From Eledone cirrhosa (Eukaryota): a DNA stretch of 64,000 bases. Shown piece after piece: positions 55,500-64,000 of this stretch. Within the stretch, counting starts at the first letter, position 1, and each line of letters starts with the position of its first letter. The notes under the pieces are model-generated. The model saw nothing but the letters and a program-made list of their open reading frames with translations, was not told the origin of the DNA and ran no database searches. Location of the stretch: positions 66,092,001 through 66,156,000 of the forward strand of contig OZ024744.1 in assembly GCA_964016885.1 (NCBI GenBank), read 5' to 3'. A program made the translations under genes and the position numbers.

Positions 55500-56154
55500 C
55501 ATCATCATCATCATCATCATCAACGTTTAACGTCCGTGTTCCACGCTTGCATGGGTTTGGACGGGGGTAGTCCCACTTGAGGCAAGAGTGATTGTCTTGC
55601 TCGCATAGGACTGTCTGGCAGGTTTTCTACAGTTGGATGCCCTTCCTAACACCAACCACATTTACAGTGTGGGTCTGGGAGGTTTTTACCGTGTTGCCTA
55701 CACGGCCACATTACAGCGTGGACTGTGTGTTTTTTTGTCGTGACACCTACACGATCTCATTTGTTTCGGCCCGGATGGCGCGGCACCAACATAACTTTAC
55801 ATAGGACGGGGTGGTGTGGATGGGGTGGGGGTGGTGGTGGTGGGACGGGGTGTATTTTGTTAGAGATGCCTACTGGCAAGGCGGGTCTTCTCTGTTACTG
55901 AGTACCGCCAAAGGTCTCGGTCCAGTGACATTGTCTTGGAGAGGTGTAAGTGTGTGAGGTCGGAGTTTATCAGCTCGTCCCAGGTTTTTCTAGGTCTGCC
56001 TATTCCGTGGCTACCGTCTATCTTTATTGCCCTGCACTTTGTTATACAGCTATCGACTTTCATGCGCATCACGTGTCCATACCAACGTAGCCTTCTCTCG
56101 AGTAAACAACATCTGATCCCTCTTATCTCTAATTTTTTCCTTAGTTCGTTTATG

Positions 56155-56155
<1 letters not shown>
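55500..56155 (-). mobile_element. Young 5'-truncated RTE LINE (inverted relative to 47419-48049)
   Basis: Same peptide ([28 protein letters not shown]) and 3' UTR. Confidence 0.92.
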
Positions 56156-56198
<43 letters not shown>

Positions 56199-56297
56199 AT
56201 ATATATATGTATATATATATATAAATATGTATGTATATATATATATGTATATATATATATATAAATATATATGTATATATATATATATGTATGTATG

Positions 56298-56349
<52 letters not shown>

Positions 56350-56352
56350 AAT

Positions 56353-56384
<32 letters not shown>

Positions 56385-59300
56385 GTGTATGTATATATAT
56401 ATATATATATATACATATATATATAAATATATATGCGTACAGGTGTATTTGCATATTCATGTGTACATAAAATGACACACACATGCAAATATGTGTGTGC
56501 GTGGGTGGGTGTGGGGATATATTTGAAGTAAATACACAGTTGCTTAAATGATAAAGCTATTGCTAAACCATTTCTGTAAACCATGTTTCATTCCTAGTCA
56601 TAGGCAATTCCCTAATTCCCCTATTACTGCTTTTGGGCAGGTATAGATGCCACAGATTTTATCAATTGAGCTGTTTGCCCATTGATGGATACTTCTGACT
56701 TTGAATAGTCAGGTAGTTGGCTTTGTTCATGGAACTAGTAAACAACTGAAATATTTATTTCACAGGACTTCATAACTCTTTAACATTTACATTACTCTCT
56801 GTATATTATTATATTTTCATGGTAGAGTGTCGGACGCCATGCTTTGACGCATAGACTTACAGCCCTTGTCATTCTGAGTTCAAATCCCGCCAAGGTTAAC
56901 TTTGCCTTTCATCCTTACGGGGTCGATAATATAAAGTACCAGTAATGCACTGGGGTAATTGCTGGCCTTGTGCCAAAAGCAGAAATAATTATGGTAAAGG
57001 CTTTACCTCACATAATTATCTCACATAATATCAAATGTATGAAATTTTTATATTATTTATTTTGAGAACAATGCCATAACATCAGTTTGAAGAGCCACTA
57101 ACAGCCGGTTTAAACCGAAAGTAGCGAGAGAATTTTGGCCAGATATGGCCAGTTTAAAAGCTAAAGCGTTAACATAACAAGAAACTAATCAATCAAATTC
57201 CCATAACTGATGCAGCCAGTCTTTGAGGTGTCATGGTAGACGTTTGACTGTGTGTGTCCATCATAGCATTTCACTGGGCCTTGGAAGTGCTCAGTGGTGC
57301 CTATCTCCTCTCCAAGCATCCAGTCCCTCACTAAGTTTAGTTTGCCACCGGGGTATGGCTTAAAAATGTCCCAGAGCCAGAAGTGAAAGTCAGGTGAAAA
57401 TGTGAATGAGTGTAACTGCCCAAGGATGCCACTGCCAGAACATCAAGGTATTCTCTCTACTAGAATACCTCAGTAACAATATGATGTTTCTTTAAATTCT
57501 TGATGAAGAAAGTATGTCCAGTATTCTTCTAATCACTTCACTCTATTTGCAAAAGAACATTAGATAACGCTATATCCAGTATTGAAATAATGTTTCTTCA
57601 AATCACTTCACTCTATTTTCAACAGAACATTAGATAATGGTATACTCAATATTGAAATAATGTTTCATTAAACTGTTTTACCTTAGTGTCAAAGGGACAG
57701 TGAATGATGGTACATTTAGTTTTGATAATAATGAAGCCTATCATAAGCATACAATTTAAATTCTGACCAAACCATAGACTCTCATACCCTCATATTTTTT
57801 TTTAGTAGTAGAATAGCAATTGTATCACTATTGTGACAATATAACAAGTATTTTAAGGCTTGTGAAAATATATGGTGCCTTTATTCAAATTACTTTTTTA
57901 CATTTTTTTTTTGTTGCCGGTAAAAGCATTTGGTGATAGTAACCTTGAATCATCCTGATCAATTTTGCCATCAGGACCTCTGGTGTTGTCAGTCTTTTGA
58001 GGAAGAAGCCAACATATGGAAGAGTGACTGATACAGTGGATGTCACTGGCTGTTCTCTGTGGTGATGCTTTTGTCCATGGGGTGCAGTTTAGATATACCA
58101 CCTATCCAGGAGTTTAGAGACTGTCCCTACCCCTTTGCCCGCATTTCATTATTTTCTTGTGTTCCATTTTTTGTGAGGAGAACAGAGGGAGTCGATTATA
58201 TTGACCCCCAGTGCTTAACCAAATATTATCCCAGTCAAATACTGGGGGATCAATAAAATCAACTTTCCCCTTCTATCACACCCTCTCAAATTGCTGGCCT
58301 TGTGCCAATGACACCAAGAATTATCTTAAGTCTTAAACTGAACAAAGAGAACTTGAGACTTTAAGATGAAAGCCTGCTCAGATAACAAACGACATGTAAA
58401 AGAAATGGTTCCATTAAGAAAAATAAGTACACCACACCTTGAATTGTATTTTAAGAATTGGAAGCTGTGTAGGATAAAAGAAACTTGTGTGACAACCACA
58501 GATACCATGTTTGTGTAGGCAGATTATTACTACACCACCAACACCTTTTTTCTTCTTCTTCTCCTTCTCCTTCTTCTTAGAAGTGACACTTTGTACTCTC
58601 ACTTTAAACCACACTCTCACATTCTTACTGCAAATCTGCTGAAGCAAAATTTGCCTTTTATCCTTGGGGGGGGATAAATAAAATACCAGCCCAGGGCAAG
58701 GGATTGATTGAATGCTTTATAGTATTTTTTCTGACTTTGTGAGTTTTGAGTTCAAATCTCTTCTTTTGTCACTTGAAAAATTGAGTGACAATAGGAAAAG
58801 AGTCAATGTCATTAAATCACCCAAGAAACCTCATATGAGATGCAATCCTATAAGGGGCTGGCTAAAGCTATGTAGGTGTGTGTTGTAGCAACAACAGTAG
58901 CATACAAATTACACACATATAATTACAGCATATCAGAAGTAAAGGCTATAAAATTACCAGCAACACGAAATATGCTATTAGGTGGTACTGGTAATTTTTT
59001 ACCTGCAGATGCCTGCTTAGCCTTTTTCATGCCAAACCACCTCAAACCGATCTTAGTTCTATGATAGAAAGCTGTTTATTTTGAGGTGCATATATTTATC
59101 TAAAAATCGTTTATGGTCATTTAATGTAAAAACTTTGATAAGTTAAGTTCCAAACACCAGTTAAATCACTCCAAATTCTCGCTTATTTTCAAAATTACAG
59201 ACGTCTTTTATAAGAAATATGATAATTGAAAGCATTAATGTCTAATGTTGAGAAGCAATCATAGGACAGGAAGTTTCTGCACTGTGGTATCGTCACATAG

Positions 59301-60286
59301 AACAAACAAGCAGAAACTGCAATTGGAACCAATACCTTTTATAACTTTCTCTTTTGACCAAGTAGTGAATCAATAATTGGGTCTGTGGGACCCCCTTTAG
59401 CTTAAATGTCTAAATGTTCTAAAGAGGTTATTTGTTACAGCTGCAAACTGATCTGCACAAATGTCTTTCTATTTTAAGAATAGCAGTTTGGTGATCTTAT
59501 ATTGTACATACATATGCCCCCCACCCATATATATATATGTGTGTGTGTGCACACACATACAAGCATGGAAGAACAGACAAAAAATGCCAATGCTGATGAT
59601 GAAGACATATATACCTACGAAGATTGGAAAGAAATGAAGCTTGCATGCTGTAATGGAAGTGTAATAGTAGTATATGTGAACGGCAAAGCATAAATGGCTT
59701 GAGAGAAAAATTGACCTCATGCCAATTACATCTCTCAAAGGCAATGACATAAGATCAAGATCTTTTGCTTTATTCAGTGCTGCAGAAGACCCACATCCTC
59801 ATGTGCATAGGATAAAGCGACATTTAGTGGTCTCTAGCATGCACCATACACCACTTCTCCCACATCCTCCATACACCCTCATGTCTTAAACCTTTCCCTT
59901 CACCAGCTAAGTACCTCATCCTGACCTACCTCTCAAATTCCCACCCTACATACATGCATCTCCACAACCATTTTCTACTTCTGACCCCCTGCTCCTGACA
60001 AACCCATATATATCAGCAAGGAAAGATGAACATGCTCTCCCACAAGCAGGGAACAATAGGCATAAAATGATGATGATGGTGATAATATATACACACACAC
60101 ACACACATATATAAAAGTTAACAAGATATCGTTTAAGGTAATCCAAGTACAGGTTATGAGTACTCTGTATCGAGGATAGTTTTAACGTTCGGCATTGTTT
60201 GACTCAACAAGACGTTTCTTTGCTTGAGTGGTCGATTTAAGAAAGTCCCTAGGCAGACGGTTCTTGGAGTAATAATAGAAAATAAG

Positions 60287-60459
60287 TGAAGAATAATGTG
60301 GATCGACTATACAATAGGGCTTATTTAAAGTATTAACTATTGTTTCATTAGTTAGGTGTGTCTAAAAATCGCAGATCGCCAGAAGTTACGTCACTCGATT
60401 GAAACAATTGTCAGTACTTTAAATAAACCGTATTGTACAGCCGACCATGTTATTCTTCA
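60287..60459. repeat. Old diverged inverted repeat with GAAA-CAATTG-TC hammerhead half
   Basis: 60287-60347 is the imperfect reverse complement of 60400-60459; the inner edges are TGTTTCA / TGAAACA. Confidence 0.7.
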
Positions 60460-60468
60460 ATCATTTAC

Positions 60469-60519
<51 letters not shown>

Positions 60520-60546
60520 ATAATGAATCTGAAGGGTTTGATAAGG

Positions 60547-60590
<44 letters not shown>

Positions 60591-60754
60591 TACTTATAAA
60601 TCCGTAGAGCAAATATTTATATATATATATGATGATTTCTCTCAAATGAAGCAGTTCTAGTCTTGGCGAAGCCATTTCTATATTAAATATATATATAAAG
60701 GTCCCTTATGATTTGAATGCATATATGTATATATTTGTGTTTGTCTCTCTTTAT

Positions 60755-60804
<50 letters not shown>

Positions 60805-61074
60805 GTGTGTGTGTGTGTGTGCATGCACCTACATGCATACACACATTCACAAACATATACACACACAGCTATGTGAGTATACCCATTTAATACAAAGTTT
60901 TCACCAAGTTACTCTTACATTTGAGTGTTAAAACTGTTCACTCTATCAAAGGATAGTTTGTATTTTACTGTATACAGGCAAGAAAATTTCAGTTTGAAAC
61001 ATTTACATATACCAATAAAGTTAGATTTGAGAAGAGAAGTGACTCAGAAGTGATGAAAGACAAACCAAAGTAAC

Positions 61075-64000
61075 TACCATCATGATCACAACCACTACCA
61101 ACTACCACCACCATCACCACCACCACAACCACCCACAATCACCAACTACCACCACTACTACCACCACCACCACAACAACCATCACAATTACCACTACTAC
61201 AACAACCACCACAATTACCACTACCAACTACTACCACCACCACCACCACCACATCCACAATCACCACCACCACTACGAACCATCACCACCACCACTACCT
61301 ACCATCACCACAACCACAATCACCACCACCACTACCAACCACCAAAACCACCACCACCACCACCACCACCACAACCACAATCACCACCACCACTACCAAC
61401 CATCAGCACAACCACAATCACCACCACCACAACCACAATCACCACCACCACTACCAACCATCACCACAACCACAATCACCACCACCACTACCAACCATCA
61501 CCACAACCACAATCACCACCACCACTACCAACCATCAGCACAACCACAATCACCACCACCACTACCAACCATCAGCACAACCACAATCACCACCACCACT
61601 ACCAACCATCACCACAACCACAATCAACACCACCACTACCAACCATCACCACAACCACAATCAACACCACCAAAACCACCACCACCACCACCACCACCAC
61701 AACCACAATCACCACCACCACTACCAACCACCACCACAACCACAATCAACACCACCACTACCAACCACCAAAACCACCACCACCACCACCACAACCACAA
61801 TCAACACCACCACTACCAACCACCAAAACCACCACCACCACCACCACAACCACAATCACCACCACCACTACCAACCATCAGCACAACCACAATCACCACC
61901 ACCACTACCAACCATCACCACAACCACAATCACCACCACCACTACCAACCATCACCACAACCACAATCACCACCACCACTACCAACCATCAGCACAACCA
62001 CAATCACCACCACCACTACCAACCATCAGCACAACCACAATCACCACCACCACTACCAACCATCACCACAACCACAATCAACACCACCACTACCAACCAT
62101 CACCACAACCACAATCAACACCACCACTACCAACCACCAAAAGCACCACCACCACCACCACCACCACAACCACAATCACCACCACCACTACCAACCACCA
62201 CCACAACCACAATCAACACCACCACTACCAACCACCAAAACCACCACCACCACAACCACAATCACCACCACCACTACCAACCACCACCACAACCACAATC
62301 AACACCACCACTACCAACCACCAAAACCACCACCACCACCACCACCACCACAACCACAATCACAATCAACACCACCACTACCAACCACCAAAACCACCAC
62401 CACCACAACCACAATCACCACCACCACTACCAACCATCAGCACAACCACAATCACCACCACCACTACCAACGATCACCACAACCACAATCAACACCACCA
62501 CTACCAACCATCAGCACAACCACAATCACCACCACCACTACCAACCACCAAAACCACCACCACCCACCACACCACAAACACATCACCACCACCACTACCA
62601 ACCCACCACCAACCACAATCAACACCACCACTACCAACCACCAAAACCACCACCACCACCACCACCACCACAACCACAATCACAATCAACACCACCACTA
62701 CCAACCACCAAAACCACCACCACCACAACCACAATCACCACCACCACTACCAACCATCACCAACCAACCACAACACCACCACACAACCAACCACCACAAC
62801 CACAATCAACACCACCACTACCAACCACCAAAACCACCACCACCACCACCACCACCACAACCACAATCACACCACCACAACCACCACCACCAACCACAAC
62901 AACCACAACCACACACCACCACCACACCACCACACCACAACCACAACACCACCACTACCAACACCACCACCAACCACCAACCACCACCACCACAACCACC
63001 ACCACCACCACCACCACCACCACAACCACAATCAACACCACCACTACCAACCACCACCACAACCCAATCAACACCACCACTACCAACCACCACAACCACC
63101 ACCACACCACCACCACCACCACAACCACAACACAATCAACACCACCACTACCAACCACCAAAACCACACCACCACAACCACAATCACACACCACACCAAC
63201 CACCACCACCACCAACCACAATCAACACCACCACTACCAACCACCAAAACCACCACCACCACCCCACCACCACCACAACCACAATCACAATCAACACCAC
63301 CACTACCACCACCAAAACCACCACCACCACAACCACAATCAACACCACCACTACCAACCACCACCACAACCACAATCAACACCACCACTACCAACCACCA
63401 AAACCACCACCACCACCACCACCACAACCACAATCACAATCAACACCACCACTACCAACCACCAAAACCACCACCACCACAACCACAATCACCACCACCA
63501 CTACCAACCACCACCACAACCACAATCAACACCACCACTACCAACCACCAAAACCACCACCACCACAACCACAATCACCACCACCACTACCAACCACCAC
63601 CACAACCACAATCAACACCACCACTACCAACCACCAAAACCACCACCACCACCACCACCACCACAACCACAATCACAATCAACACCACCACTACCAACCA
63701 CCAAAACCACCACCACCACAACCACAATCAACACCAACACTACCAACCATCACCACAACCACAATCAACACCACCACTACCAACCACCACCACAACCACA
63801 ATCAACACCACCACTACCAACCACCAAAACCACCACCACCACCACCACCACCACAACCACAATCACAATCAACACCACCACTACCAACCACCAAAACCAC
63901 CACCACCACAACCACAATCAACACCAACACTACCAACCACCACCACAACCACAATCAACACCACCACTACCAACCACCAAAACCACCACCACCACAACCA
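61075..64000. repeat. (CAC/CAA)-rich satellite with ~33-bp units, running off the window
   Basis: Unit CACAACCACAATCA(A/C)CACCACCACTACCAACCA(T/C)-like with variable CAC runs. Confidence 0.95.

Noticed and set aside
61075-64000. Telomeric repeat or mucin-like exon
   Set aside because: Not TTAGGG; frames are broken by unit-length variation and there are no splice signals.

Overview
This is AT- and microsatellite-rich animal genomic DNA. The repeat make-up (tRNA-headed SINEs, RTE, Penelope, Helitron, long TA/CA runs) suggests an octopus/coleoid cephalopod, which is an inference. The only host gene found is a KIF26-family kinesin on the minus strand, seen as three in-phase exons (45920-46046, 30652-30878, 28905-29076; 526 coding nt). 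Almost everything else looks intronic and transposon-derived: three Penelope-like elements (PLEs), a 5'-truncated Tx1/L1 sitting in a (TATC)n run, a CRE-like RLE element, RTE 3' ends, nested non-autonomous Helitrons, hAT- and piggyBac-like MITEs, SINEs and minisatellites. The most striking signal is a dense set of type I hammerhead-ribozyme (HHR) motifs from at least six sequence families. Alongside them are 150-850 bp palindromic or inverted-tail mini-elements next to (TA)n. Several of these fold back exactly within hammerhead stem II (TTTC-[hairpin]-GAAA at the axis), which suggests ribozyme-guided snap-back during PLE retrotransposition. One HHR module also appears to be carried by a Helitron family. 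Most ORFs in the supplied track are microsatellite artefacts.
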